Counted from the stretch's first letter, positions 26,598-40,371 are shown. The stretch: DNA of 64,000 nucleotides from Fibrobacterota bacterium (GCA_003165595.1 PLWQ01000025.1:39093-103092); one strand, 5' to 3'. Translations and numbers: made by a program. Notes: generated by a model not told the origin, from the letters alone.

Positions 26598-27647
26598 CTA
26601 CTGAACTACCTTTGAGAATTTCAGGTCCGTACCCGGTTTCAGAAAGAGCAGGCCGGTTGTGACGATCGTATCTCCCGCAGAGATGCCGTCGAGCACTTCA
26701 ACCGTGGACGCCTGGCGCACGCCCGTTGTGACGGTGACGAATTTCGCTTTGCCGTTCTTCGCAATTATCAATTGTTTGTTCCGCTCCTGGGGAATAACGG
26801 CCTGCGTGGGAACCATGAGGGCGCTCGTGTTGTGGCCCAGCTCCAATTCAACATTTGCAAATGCGCCGGGCTTCAAGGCGGCGTCCTTGTTCTTTACTAC
26901 GGCCCGCGCCTTGAGGTTGCGTGTCGTTACGTCGATTCCCTCTTCGGTTGCCATGACGGTTGCGTCGTGCGGGGCGTCATCGCCCTGCACGGTGAATTTC
27001 ACCTTGGTTCCGGGCTTCACGGCGCTGCTGTATTTCTCCGGCACGCTAAAATCCAGCTTCAACTGCTGGGTGGAGCGGATCGTGGCAAGCGGGGTTCCCG
27101 GCGTCACTTCCGCGCCCACGCTCACGCTGCGCAGGCCGATCACGCCGTCGAACGGCGCCCGCACTTCGGTCTTGCGTATCTGTACCTTGAGTATGTCGAT
27201 ATCCGCGTTTATCGAATTCACCTGCAACACCGCCTGATCGTAATCCGACTGACTGATACCGCTCACCTTTATCAGTTCATTCTGCCGCTTCTGGGTTTGC
27301 ACCGCAATGTCCAATTGCGTCTGCGATTTTTTCAGGCTTGCCTGCAGATCGTCGTCGAACAACTTTACAAGCAGCGTTCCCTGTTTGACAAGCCTGCCTT
27401 CCGGGAGGTTGAGCGCTATCACCCGACCGGTCACTTCGGGCATGAGTACGGTCTCTTCAAAGGGAATAAGCGTACCCGAAATCGAAATGGCTTGCGTGAT
27501 TTCGATCGGTTTCACCACAAACCCTTCGACCATCGGTGTTACGTTGAACTTGTTTCCCGTGGCCGGGGCAGGAGCTGCGGGCTTGTTCGAGCATTGCATA
27601 CCGGCGATGAATGCGAAGAAGGCAAGGAGAAGAACGGTCTTTTTCAT
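26598..27647 (-). CDS. RND efflux periplasmic adaptor (membrane fusion protein)
   Basis: Start trimmed to ATG 27647 (MKKTVLLLAFFAFIAGMQC); 349 aa. Has the HlyD_D23 / biotinyl-lipoyl-like layout. Confidence 0.9.
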   Translation of the reverse strand: MKKTVLLLAFFAFIAGMQCSNKPAAPAPATGNKFNVTPMVEGFVVKPIEITQAISISGTLIPFEETVLMPEVTGRVIALNLPEGRLVKQGTLLVKLFDDDLQASLKKSQTQLDIAVQTQKRQNELIKVSGISQSDYDQAVLQVNSINADIDILKVQIRKTEVRAPFDGVIGLRSVSVGAEVTPGTPLATIRSTQQLKLDFSVPEKYSSAVKPGTKVKFTVQGDDAPHDATVMATEEGIDVTTRNLKARAVVKNKDAALKPGAFANVELELGHNTSALMVPTQAVIPQERNKQLIIAKNGKAKFVTVTTGVRQASTVEVLDGISAGDTIVTTGLLFLKPGTDLKFSKVVQ

Positions 27648-27891
27648 AATGATTGACGGCTCGCTTGGAAGTATGTGAATGTGAAGCACGGCGCTTCTGA
27701 AAATACCTCGTATCGCTTTGTGGCTTCGGGCAAACCCTAAAATTACTTCCTGTTTGTTAGAATCACGTTATTTCTCGGCAAATTAGTTGGACTGCCTGTA
27801 CGAGACATGTGTTACACGCTTGCACAGGCATTCCCACATTGCAAAAAATCAATCACCTCCCGTAGATTCCATGGTCTCGGGCACAACTGTG

Positions 27892-29250
27892 CTATTTGGC
27901 TCCGGCGTCGGCCCATTTCACAAAATCGAATCCCGCTACCTGCATCAAGGCGTACCTGCTGAGCGTATAGCGGAACTCGCTTTGCACTCTGGCGAATTTA
28001 GCCTGTGTGTACTTGTTCTCGGCATCGAGCAAGTCGAGATTGGGGATGACCCCCGCCTCGTACTGCAACGTCGCTATGCGTCTTGATTCGCCGGCGAGCC
28101 GGATGTTGGTCGCGGCTTCGAAAAGGTTTTCGCGCGCGCTCTTGACATCCGCAATCGCCTTGAGCACATCTGTGCGAACCGTACGCTTGAGATCATCGAG
28201 GATCGTGCGAAGGCTGTCGAGGTGCGCTTCCAGTTCTTTTATGTGATAGTGGGTTTTGCGACCGTCGAATATGGGTACCGATATTTGCGCTGCTGCGACC
28301 GTGTTGAATTGCAGCTGATCGAGGTTGGGAATATATCCGTTTTTCTCTCCGGCAGAAACGTGCGCCACAAGCGCAGGGGTCATCTCCAAGCGAGCCAGGG
28401 AAAGCTGGGCTTGTCCTGCCTTAAGCGCAACGTTCATCAGGTCGATTTCGGTTCTTTGTTTGAGCGCAGCCTCGATCAGTGAATCTTTTGCAGGTTCGTG
28501 ATAACTCGAATCGAACGCGCCCATGCAATTTGCCGGCGCAGATTCATCGAGTCCCAGGAGCTGCCTGAAGCCGATCTGCTGCTTCGCAAGGTCGTTGTTG
28601 AGATTCGTGAGTTCGGTTTGCGCATTGGTGAGATCCACCTCGGATCGCAACACATCGAATTCCGTTGAGCTTCCCGTCGCCAGCTTCTTCTTGACAAAAT
28701 CGAGATGCTGGCTGAGGTTGGCGACGTTCTCCTGTTTGGCGGCTATCATCTGGGCGCTGCTGAGCAGCGACTCGAACGAGACTATCGCCTGGTAGCTCAC
28801 GAATTTGGCGGCCATGCCGGTCCCGGTCTGAAGCGCCTGTTCGCCTATGGTTGAAAGGTTGATTGCTTTCTGGCGTTTGCCGAAATCGAAGAGCAAATAG
28901 TCGGCACCGACGTGAAAATCCCAGTTGTTGGCAGGATAGAGTTGAAAGACCTTTCCGCCGAATGGAATTGTCTCAAGCGGGTAAAGGTACGAATATGAGC
29001 CTGTTCCGGAAATATCTGGCAGCCACGCGGTTTTCGCCTGGCTCGTTCTCGCCTGGGCGGCGGCAAGTCCCTGCTTCGCGGCGTTGAGCGCTGCGCTGTT
29101 CTTTACGGCCATTTTTATTGCAGAAGGCAAGGTGATTGAATCGGGTGTCTCGCACAACGCGGTTGCAACCGCAAGCCCACAAAAGAGCGCTGCGAGCGCA
29201 TAAATTTTACTGCTTGATCTTGTCATGGTCTTCCTTATGTTTACAGACAT
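27892..29250 (-). CDS. TolC-family outer membrane efflux protein
   Basis: 452 aa, signal peptide, OEP repeats. It is the last gene of the TetR-HlyD-MFS string. Confidence 0.85.
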   Translation of the reverse strand: MSVNIRKTMTRSSSKIYALAALFCGLAVATALCETPDSITLPSAIKMAVKNSAALNAAKQGLAAAQARTSQAKTAWLPDISGTGSYSYLYPLETIPFGGKVFQLYPANNWDFHVGADYLLFDFGKRQKAINLSTIGEQALQTGTGMAAKFVSYQAIVSFESLLSSAQMIAAKQENVANLSQHLDFVKKKLATGSSTEFDVLRSEVDLTNAQTELTNLNNDLAKQQIGFRQLLGLDESAPANCMGAFDSSYHEPAKDSLIEAALKQRTEIDLMNVALKAGQAQLSLARLEMTPALVAHVSAGEKNGYIPNLDQLQFNTVAAAQISVPIFDGRKTHYHIKELEAHLDSLRTILDDLKRTVRTDVLKAIADVKSARENLFEAATNIRLAGESRRIATLQYEAGVIPNLDLLDAENKYTQAKFARVQSEFRYTLSRYALMQVAGFDFVKWADAGAK

Positions 29251-29277
29251 GCCGCTATCGCTACGTCGACCATTGTC

Positions 29278-30873
29278 TCACCGCCGCAAGACCGGCGCGG
29301 CCAGGGTGGTCTTTCGTGTTTTCAATATCACAATGGGAATGACGCAGGCCGCCGTGCACAACGCGGAAATGAGAAAATCATCGTTGATGCCCCAGACAAA
29401 CATCTGTTGAGAGAAGTGGGATACCAAAAGCATCGAGCTTTGAGCAGCCGCATTCTGGACCGTTGAGCCGGCATCGTGCACGGCATGCGCCTGAATCATC
29501 TGGAGACTGTGGCTGAAAACCGGCGACGAACGGTTAAGCAGGGCGCCGGAAACAGCCGTATGGAAAACGATGCGTTGGGTCAGGAGCGTTTGCAAAATGG
29601 CCACGCCGAAACTGCCGCCAACCTGGCGAATAACGTTCATCAATCCGGACGCCTGGGCCATTTCGGTCCTGGAGATTTCGGTGAGAGCCAGTGCGGACAG
29701 CGGCGAAAAAAGCAAGCCCATGGCGACCCCGCGCAAGTACATGGGAAACATAATCTGGGAATGTTCGGAAAAAATGGAAAGCTTTGAATTGAGATAAAAG
29801 CTGAACGTAAACAGGATGATCCCGGTTATGATAGGAATCTTCGGGTTTACCTTGTCGGAAAAGTATCCGGCGATGGGCCCGGTGACCGCCTGGATGATCC
29901 CTATCGGCAGCAGCACCATGCCGGATTCCAATGCCGTGTAGCCCAGGATGTTCTGCAGATAGACGGGAATCAGAAACACGCTGCCGAACATGCCCACGCC
30001 GAACATGAACATTACGATATTGGTGAGCCCGAAGTTGTATTTGACAAGAAGTCGCAATTGGACCAACGGGTTCTCGACGTTGAACTCGGTCACGAGGAAC
30101 ACCACGAATCCCGCGGCCGCCAGCGCGAAGCACAGCATCATGATATCGGACGTCCACCCGCCCGTGTTCCACTGCGCGTTGCCGCTGGCCAGGGCAAAGA
30201 GCAGGAAGCCCAGGAATACCGACAACGAGAAGAAGCCGCTGAAGTCAAACGATCGCGCCTGCTGCGTCTTGTATTCACGCTGGATCACCCAGGTTGCGAA
30301 AAAGCAGATGATTCCCACGGGAACATTGATATTGAAAATGAGATGCCAATCGAAATTATCCGCAATGTATCCGCCGAACAGCGGCCCCAGGGAGACCGAG
30401 GCGGCGGCGGAAATGGACCAGAACCCCATGGCGAGGCCGCGTTTTTCCGGTGGGAATTCCCGCATGATGATCGCCATGCCGAGAGGCTGCAACAGGCCGC
30501 CGCCCAGGCCTTGACCGATGCGCATGGCGATAAGGGAGTGCTCGTTCCACGATATGCCGCAGAGAAACGAAAACAGGGTGAAAATGGCCAGGCCCACGGC
30601 GTAGGTACGCTTGTAGCCGAAGCGGTCGGCGATCCATCCCGAGCAGGGCAGCATCACCGCGAAGGCGAGCATATAGCCGGTAAGTATCCACTGCGCCACG
30701 TCGACCGAAATGCCGAACGACGCCATGATCTTGGGAAGCGCCGTATTCACGATGGTTGAATCGAGCACCACCATGAACCCGCTGATCATGATGTTGGCGA
30801 GCACCCACCACTTGTACGAGTCGTGCTCGTGGTGGAGCGACGGAACGTTATTGATAAATCGCTGGCGGAGCAT
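29278..30873 (-). CDS. MFS transporter, DHA2 (EmrB/QacA-like, 14-TMS) family
   Basis: 531 aa. LDSTIVNTALPKI and GWIADRFGYKR motifs; 14 hydrophobic segments. Confidence 0.9.
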   Translation of the reverse strand: MLRQRFINNVPSLHHEHDSYKWWVLANIMISGFMVVLDSTIVNTALPKIMASFGISVDVAQWILTGYMLAFAVMLPCSGWIADRFGYKRTYAVGLAIFTLFSFLCGISWNEHSLIAMRIGQGLGGGLLQPLGMAIIMREFPPEKRGLAMGFWSISAAASVSLGPLFGGYIADNFDWHLIFNINVPVGIICFFATWVIQREYKTQQARSFDFSGFFSLSVFLGFLLFALASGNAQWNTGGWTSDIMMLCFALAAAGFVVFLVTEFNVENPLVQLRLLVKYNFGLTNIVMFMFGVGMFGSVFLIPVYLQNILGYTALESGMVLLPIGIIQAVTGPIAGYFSDKVNPKIPIITGIILFTFSFYLNSKLSIFSEHSQIMFPMYLRGVAMGLLFSPLSALALTEISRTEMAQASGLMNVIRQVGGSFGVAILQTLLTQRIVFHTAVSGALLNRSSPVFSHSLQMIQAHAVHDAGSTVQNAAAQSSMLLVSHFSQQMFVWGINDDFLISALCTAACVIPIVILKTRKTTLAAPVLRR

Positions 30874-30879
30874 GGAAGC

Positions 30880-31884
30880 CTATTTTGAAAAAATTCGTGT
30901 ATAGGCCGACAGGCCGGGCAGCAGCGACACCGCTGCCGGGCTTGACTCAATGGCGATCTTTACCGGCACGCGCTGGGTTACCTTGGTGAAATTGCCGGAC
31001 GCGTTGCTTGCCGGGATGAGGGAGAACTCCGAGCCCGTGGACCGGCCGATGCTTTCCACCTTGCCGAAAATCCGCTGCCCGGGAAACGCGTCTATGGAAA
31101 TCTCCGCGCGCATGCCGGGGCGTATGGAGCGGAGCTTGGTCTCTTCGTAGTTTGCCGCGACCCACACGTGCTTGTTATCGAACATGGAATAGATGGCCTG
31201 GCCGGGCGACACCACGTCGCCCGACAGCACCCACCGCCTCGCGATAAGGCCGGAGAAAGGGGCGACAATCACGGTGTTGGCAAGCTGGGTATTGACAATC
31301 GCAAGATCGGCCTTGGCTCCCGCGACCTGCGCCTCGTCCCGGTCTATCTGCGCCTCGGCGAGTTTGCGGGCGTTTTCGGCGTGGCTGTACTGCTCCTGCG
31401 ATACGATCTGGCTCTTGAATTGTTTTTCTATGCGATCGTAGTCGTCGAGGGCCTTGGCCTTATTGACCGACGAGATCTCCACGCTGCGGGTGATGATCCG
31501 GAGCGATGCCTGGGCTTTTGCAAGCTGTGCGCGCAGGTCCGCGTCATCGAGCTTGACAATCGTGTCGCCGGCGCTCACCGTATCTCCCTCGTCGTATTTG
31601 AGCATGGTGATTCGCCCGGAAATTTTTGAGGCTATGGTGGCTCGATACGCTTCAACGAATGCGTCGTCGGTGGCTATGGAGCTGAAACGGGCGACATACC
31701 AGAAGAAAACAGCCACGGTAAGGCCTACAACAAGAAGAAACAGCGGGATGATGACGCGTTTGCGCTTGAACATCGGCACATCATCGATGGGCTCGTCGCC
31801 GTTTGCGGCACCATTACCCGCGTTTGGCGGCTGTTGCGGCAAATCGGCCCGCGGAGGCTGCTGAGAGGATGCTGGTGTGTTCAT
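30880..31884 (-). CDS. HlyD/EmrA-type secretion adaptor protein
   Basis: 334 aa. Single N-terminal TM, coiled-coil middle, barrel C-terminus (ISIDAFPGQRIFGKVESIG). Confidence 0.9.
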   Translation of the reverse strand: MNTPASSQQPPRADLPQQPPNAGNGAANGDEPIDDVPMFKRKRVIIPLFLLVVGLTVAVFFWYVARFSSIATDDAFVEAYRATIASKISGRITMLKYDEGDTVSAGDTIVKLDDADLRAQLAKAQASLRIITRSVEISSVNKAKALDDYDRIEKQFKSQIVSQEQYSHAENARKLAEAQIDRDEAQVAGAKADLAIVNTQLANTVIVAPFSGLIARRWVLSGDVVSPGQAIYSMFDNKHVWVAANYEETKLRSIRPGMRAEISIDAFPGQRIFGKVESIGRSTGSEFSLIPASNASGNFTKVTQRVPVKIAIESSPAAVSLLPGLSAYTRIFSK

Positions 31885-32501
31885 ATTTTCTTGACTCCAT
31901 TGCGTGAGTGTGAAATTCCAATGAGAAGAATGTCGAGAAAGCGCAGCACTTCGTCCCGATAGGCTTTGATATCGGCGCTCCTGAGTTCGCCGGGCGTCAT
32001 CGTCTTGAAAAACCGGATTCGCAGGCCCTGGAGCACGTGCTGAATGAGCTGCGCCGTTTGTTCGGAAGAATCGACGGCAAATTCGCTGCGGCGCTTGCCT
32101 TCGCTCAAAATGGCCGTAAGAAATCCCGTCTCTGTCGCGCTGAATTCGCGGAACAGATCCCGCATGATCGGCTTGATCGAATCTCCTGCTCGTCCAAGGT
32201 CAAGCAGCGTGCCCAAAAGGGCAAGGTGTTGCTTGAAATACTCCCGGAGCTTTCCGGGCGCCTCGGAATCACCTTCGATGATTGCCTCGATGCGCTTTGC
32301 AAAATCCTGCTGTTCGGCGGCAACCACATTACGGAAAACATCTTCCTTTGCCGGGAAATAATAGTACAATGCCGCTTTGCTTATGCCGAGGTCGGCCGCG
32401 ATTTCGTCCATGGTGACCTTGGCAAGGCCGAAGCGGGCGAAACGCCGGTGGGCCGCTTCGAGGATGTCCGCGCGCTTGTCGTGGCTGTGCTGGTGGTTCA
32501 T
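31881..32501 (-). CDS. TetR/AcrR-family transcriptional regulator
   Basis: ATG 32501 is used; the track start 32513 is a TTG. ILEAAHRRFARFGLAKVTMDEIAADLGISKAALYYYF is a TetR HTH. 4-nt overlap with the HlyD gene. Confidence 0.9.
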   Translation of the reverse strand: MNHQHSHDKRADILEAAHRRFARFGLAKVTMDEIAADLGISKAALYYYFPAKEDVFRNVVAAEQQDFAKRIEAIIEGDSEAPGKLREYFKQHLALLGTLLDLGRAGDSIKPIMRDLFREFSATETGFLTAILSEGKRRSEFAVDSSEQTAQLIQHVLQGLRIRFFKTMTPGELRSADIKAYRDEVLRFLDILLIGISHSRNGVKKI

Positions 32502-32517
32502 GCCGAAACCCAATCCT

Positions 32518-32554
32518 GACTATTTTACCAAAAAAGTCGGACGTTAAAATAGTC
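32518..32554. promoter_or_regulatory. candidate TetR operator: 12-bp inverted repeat (11/12 match) with 13-nt spacer
   Basis: GACTATTTTACC (32518-32529) and GTTAAAATAGTC (32543-32554). It starts 17 nt upstream of the TetR ATG. Confidence 0.45.
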
Positions 32555-32592
32555 CCTGCATCGTGGTCGTGCAAGCTGTTTGAGTGAAACGG

Positions 32593-33420
32593 TCAATCGC
32601 TGCGGGAAAAGCTGAGTGCGGCAAGCCCTACGAAGACAAGTCCCGCCAGCGCGATAAAAGCCACCTCATGGCCGGCAGTGACGGGGATGCCCAGCACCGA
32701 AAGATCAAGGCCCATGGCCTTGCGAAGCAGCGGGTCCATGCCGCCGCTCGGCAGAAGGATCTTCTTGAAAAGGTCTACGGCATATGTCAACGGGTTAATC
32801 TTGACCAGAATGTTGAGCCACGGCGGCATGCCGCTGAGCGGGAAGAACACGCCGGACAAGAACAGCATCGGGAAGATGATCACCTGGACAACCACCTGGA
32901 AGCCCTCAGAGGTCTTGAGCAGGCTGGCGATGATGAGGCCCAGAGACGACAGCGTGAACGCCACGAGAAACATGGCCGGCACGAGCTGCGCGACAATAAG
33001 CGGCGTGAGTTTCGCACCCGCAAACGGCGCAAACACGAGCATGAGAAGCCCCTGGATCACCGCCACCGTGGACCCGCCGAGGATTTTGCCAACGGCTATT
33101 GAAACGCGCGATACGGGCGACACCAGGATCTCCCTGAGATAGCCGAACTCCCGGTCCTGCACCACCGACAGCGCGGAAAACAGCGACGTGGTGAACACGG
33201 TCATGCCGATGATGCCGGGAAACATGAACCCGGCAAAGTTGAACTGGCCAAGTGGTCCCGCCGTGCGCGAGGCGCTCATAAGAGACCGGATTGCACCGCC
33301 CATACCGGTGCCGAAAACCACAAGAAACATGAAGGGCATTGCGAACGACCCGAACAGGCGGCCCTTATTGCGCGCGAACCGCAGGATGTCGCGGTACCAC
33401 AGTGCGAATATTGCTTCCAT
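32593..33420 (-). CDS. ABC-2-type transporter permease
   Basis: 275 aa, six TM segments, ABC-2 membrane family pattern. Confidence 0.85.
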   Translation of the reverse strand: MEAIFALWYRDILRFARNKGRLFGSFAMPFMFLVVFGTGMGGAIRSLMSASRTAGPLGQFNFAGFMFPGIIGMTVFTTSLFSALSVVQDREFGYLREILVSPVSRVSIAVGKILGGSTVAVIQGLLMLVFAPFAGAKLTPLIVAQLVPAMFLVAFTLSSLGLIIASLLKTSEGFQVVVQVIIFPMLFLSGVFFPLSGMPPWLNILVKINPLTYAVDLFKKILLPSGGMDPLLRKAMGLDLSVLGIPVTAGHEVAFIALAGLVFVGLAALSFSRSD

Positions 33421-33518
33421 TCCTTCTCCGTTTTAACGAACATCTATAAAAGATCGGATTCCTTTTCTTCATCTCCTGCCCGGCCCCACTCCTTCGGGGA
33501 ACGCGCAAACTTTGGGAT

Positions 33519-34496
33519 TCAATGAAATCCTCGCCTCATCCGACCATGCCTGCCCGCGTTTTTCGGCGCTTCTTCCTCTCTGATTTGCCGCCCTGTCAAG
33601 GCGAGAAAAGCATCGTTGAGCGTTGGGCGGCGCAGGTTGACGTTCGTGATCGGCACGGTGAGCTCCTTAACCAACCGGACAAGGAATTCGCCTCCCCCGG
33701 CCGTCTTGAGCGACAGCACATTGCCCGAAAGCGACGGATCGATTCCGAAGCGGGTCGCAATCTCGGCGCGCGCCGCCACGTTGTCTGTTGTGGAAAGCTC
33801 CACGATGTCGCCGCCGACGCCCGCCTTGAGCGCGGCAGGCGTGTCCAGCGCCACGAGCGCGCCGTTGTCCATTACCGCGATCCGGTCGCAGATTTCGGCT
33901 TCCTCCATATAATGCGTGGTGAGAAAGATCGTGATACCCGCCGTCTTCCGAAGCCCGGTCACATAGTCCCAGATGTGGGCCCGCGTTTGCGGGTCGAGCC
34001 CGATAGTGGGCTCGTCGAGAAACAGCACTTTGGGGTAGTGCAACAACCCGCGCGCTATCTCGAGCCGCCGCTTCATGCCGCCGGAGAATGTCTCGACGAT
34101 GTGTTTTCGCTTATCGCCAAGCTCCACAATGTCAAGCACCTCGGCAATGCGGCTTTTCCTCTCCGAGGCGGCAACGCCGTAGAGCCTGCAATGAAGCATG
34201 AGGTTTTCGTAGGCGGTAAGTTTGTGGTCGAGCGTGGTGTCTTGAAACACGATGCCGATGCTGTGTCGCACCCGGTCTTTCTGCCGCACGATGTCGAAGC
34301 CGTTGAGCGTGGCGGTTCCCGAACTCGGCTTGAGCATGGTGCACAGCATGCTGATCGTGGTGGTTTTCCCCGCGCCGTTTGGGCCGAGGAATCCAAACAC
34401 TTCGCCTTCGGCAACGGAGAAACTGACGCCCTTTACCGCGTCAACCTTCTTGAAGGAGCGTTTGAGGTTATCAACGTGAATGATCGATTGAGTCAT
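33519..34496 (-). CDS. ABC transporter ATP-binding protein (DrrA-like)
   Basis: ATG 34496 (GGAGAGG upstream) is used; the track start 34514 is a TTG. GPNGAGKTT, LSGGMKRRL-type FSGGMKRRLE, LFLDEPT. Confidence 0.9.
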   Translation of the reverse strand: MTQSIIHVDNLKRSFKKVDAVKGVSFSVAEGEVFGFLGPNGAGKTTTISMLCTMLKPSSGTATLNGFDIVRQKDRVRHSIGIVFQDTTLDHKLTAYENLMLHCRLYGVAASERKSRIAEVLDIVELGDKRKHIVETFSGGMKRRLEIARGLLHYPKVLFLDEPTIGLDPQTRAHIWDYVTGLRKTAGITIFLTTHYMEEAEICDRIAVMDNGALVALDTPAALKAGVGGDIVELSTTDNVAARAEIATRFGIDPSLSGNVLSLKTAGGGEFLVRLVKELTVPITNVNLRRPTLNDAFLALTGRQIREEEAPKNAGRHGRMRRGFH

Positions 34497-35856
34497 TGGT
34501 ATCGGCCTCTCCAATCTCTTTTGCTTTCCTGGCCGTCTTCAGGAATTTCGCGTCCACCATTTCCGATAGTATCCCCGTAAACAGGAATACGAGCCAGAGG
34601 CCAAGCCGTTTCATGCCTGCCCCGAACCCGTAAATCCGCATGATGGTAAACGACTTCCTGAAGGAATAAAAACGCCGCAGCGCGTTGTAGAATTCCTTTT
34701 GCAGTTCCGTGACGCTCATCTTTTTCGGATGAAACGTGGCGTGCATGAGGTCGAAATACTGCCAGTCGCTCACGGCCATGCGCCGTTCCTCGGTATACTG
34801 TTTGTAAATCGGTGTCTCGGGAAACGGGGTAAGCACAGCGGGCTGCAGGGTAAAGGCGTTGATGTCGCGGCAGAACTTGATGGCCTTGCGAATGTCTTCG
34901 ACGCCGTCGGTGTCGAGCCCGAGAACCAGGCTTGCCAGCAGTTTGATCTTGTACTTGCCGAGATTGGATATGCTGCCCAGGAGGGGTTCGAGCTTTATCT
35001 TCTTGCCAATGTACTCCAGAGTGGCCGGGTTGAGGCTCTCGATGCCGATCAACACGCTCCGCAGATGGGCCCGGGAAAGCAGCGACAAAAGCTCCTCGTC
35101 GAGCACCATGTCGGCCCGGCCGAAGAAGAACACGTCGCGAAACACCAGGCCTTTCTCGATCATGGCCGTAAGCAGGTCCTTGGCTCGCTTTCGGTTGCCC
35201 GTAAAATTGTCGTCTTGGAAATTGACATACTTGAAACCATGTTTCTTGTAGTGCTCGAGCTCCGCGATAACGCTGTCCACGCTCCGTTCGCGGTATGGCG
35301 AAAACATGCGAGAGGTGGAACAATAATTGCAACTGTAGTGGCAGCCGCGCGTGGTCATGATGTTGGCCTCGCGGCACGGTGTTTTGAGCAGCGAATAGTC
35401 GGGAAAGGTTATTGCGTTAAGGTCGGCGGGGTGGCCGGCGTTTACCACCCCGCCTCCCGTCCGGCTCTCCATAACGTCGGCGATGACGCCTTCGGCCTCA
35501 CCCGTCACCACGGTATCGCAATGCGCAAGCGTTTCCTGCGGCGCAACGGTGGCATGCATGCCGCCGATCACCACTCGTTTGCCGCGGCTGCGAAAAAAGT
35601 CGGCCAGTTCAAAAGCCCGGGGCGCGGTGGAGGTCATGGTGGAAATGCCGATCACATCGGCCGCGCAGAGCTTCTCGGCATCGACCCGGGCATACAGTTC
35701 TTCGTATACCGATACCTCATGGCCGCGATCGCGCAGCATGGTGGCCAGGATAAGCGGCCCCGTGATCGCGTTGGGCCGTGTGTAAATGTTGTTGCCGATC
35801 CGCACGGGAAGGGTTTTCCGCATGTCGGAGGCGGGCGTAACGAATGCTATTTTCAT
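34471..35856 (-). CDS. B12-binding-domain (class B) radical SAM protein
   Basis: 461 aa. N-terminal Rossmann-like region (VIGISTMTSTA...VVIGGMH), then the CxxxCxxC motif RGCHYSCNYC. Its 3' end overlaps the ABC ATPase start by 26 nt. Confidence 0.85.
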   Translation of the reverse strand: MKIAFVTPASDMRKTLPVRIGNNIYTRPNAITGPLILATMLRDRGHEVSVYEELYARVDAEKLCAADVIGISTMTSTAPRAFELADFFRSRGKRVVIGGMHATVAPQETLAHCDTVVTGEAEGVIADVMESRTGGGVVNAGHPADLNAITFPDYSLLKTPCREANIMTTRGCHYSCNYCSTSRMFSPYRERSVDSVIAELEHYKKHGFKYVNFQDDNFTGNRKRAKDLLTAMIEKGLVFRDVFFFGRADMVLDEELLSLLSRAHLRSVLIGIESLNPATLEYIGKKIKLEPLLGSISNLGKYKIKLLASLVLGLDTDGVEDIRKAIKFCRDINAFTLQPAVLTPFPETPIYKQYTEERRMAVSDWQYFDLMHATFHPKKMSVTELQKEFYNALRRFYSFRKSFTIMRIYGFGAGMKRLGLWLVFLFTGILSEMVDAKFLKTARKAKEIGEADTNDSIDHSR

Positions 35857-35875
35857 TTCGACAAATCCTTTACTT

Positions 35876-37146
35876 TCAGGTGAATTGTTTGGCGGCCATC
35901 ACCAGCATCTGCAGCCGGTTTTCGAGATTGGCCATGCTCACATCGTAGTCGTAGTCGAGAGCCAGAATGTTGATATGGGGGAATCTTTCCTTGAGCGGCT
36001 TGATGATGCCGCGGCCCGTTATCTGGTTGGGCAGGCATCCGAACGGCTGGATGATCACAAACGAGGTGACTCCCTTCCTGGCGTAGTGCATTATCTCGGC
36101 CGGGATGAGCCACCCTTCGCCCGCCATGATGGCTGTGTCGACAAATCCGGCGACGGAGGCCGCAAGTTCCGAAACGGCGGGCCGCGGCTCGTAGAAGCGG
36201 AAATGCTTGTATATCAATTCTACTTTGCCAACTACATGACGGTATGCGCCGTCCAGCGCCTCCGCTACCATGCGCTTTGTAACGGGCCGCCTGGCCAGTC
36301 CGCGCCGCGCCATGTCTTTGTCGACAATCACCTGGCGCCGGAAAAAGGTAACTATGTCCGGGAGCAGCACTTCCATCCCGTTCTTTTCCAGGTACCTCAC
36401 GAGCTGGCGGTTGGCGGTCTCGTGGTAGTTCATGAGAATCTCGCCTGTCACGAGCACGCGCGGCCGCTTGCGTGAACGGTCGGCCGGTACGTCGTTAAAT
36501 GCCCTGACGGCATCACCGAGCGCGGCACAGGCCTTCTTTGCGCCGTGTTCAAGCGCCCGTGAGATTTTGTCAAGGTGCTCTTCGTATGCCAGATCCGCGC
36601 AGCCGGGCGTCAGCTCGTAGGGCCGCGTCGCGCGTACCATGGCGTCAAGGGCGTCGGTGACGGCCATGCCCCACAGCATCCTCAGCTGATACCGGAGGCC
36701 CGAGGAAAATCCGGGGTGGATGTGCTTTCTGTCGGCGCCTGTTGTGAGAATGGCTACCTCGGGATAGCCCGCGTCGTCCAGCGCCTTTCGCGCGAGCGCA
36801 AAATACTGGCCTGCGCGGCAATCCTCGCAGTTTTTGGCAAGCGCCAGCGCCACCTCGCCCGGCGCCGCCGCGCCGGTGGAAAGGAACCGCAGGCACTCTC
36901 CGATGTTTATCTGCGCGGGAAAACAGGCGTCGTTGTGCACGAACCGTTTGCCCAGATGCTGGGCCTGCTGGTCGGCAAGGGGGAGCGGCACCGAACGATA
37001 GCCCAGGCTCCGAAACACCGCACTTGCCATTGTGGAGAACGAGCGCGACAAGTTGGGAACCAGGACAACGCGCCGTTTCTTGTCGGAACGGGAAAATAAC
37101 CGCGAATACGGCCGGGGAAGCGCAGCCGCCGCGCGCGCGGCAGATT

Positions 37147-37150
<4 letters not shown>
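35876..37150 (-). CDS. plsR: PlsR-like protein (HgdA/B-like component of the benzoyl-CoA reductase / 2-hydroxyacyl-CoA dehydratase family)
   Basis: 424 aa. VHNDACFPAQINIGE and IIQPFGCLPNQITG are typical of the dehydratase-like D-component. 4-nt overlap with the upstream activase-containing gene. The symbol is assigned from architecture only. Confidence 0.55.

Positions 37151-40371
<3,221 letters not shown>

Noticed and set aside
27775-27835. Imperfect inverted repeat CCTGTACGAG-N14-CTTGCACAGG upstream of the RND operon, as a regulator site.
   Set aside because: Only 8/10 positions are complementary and there is no adjacent regulator gene. This is too weak to call.
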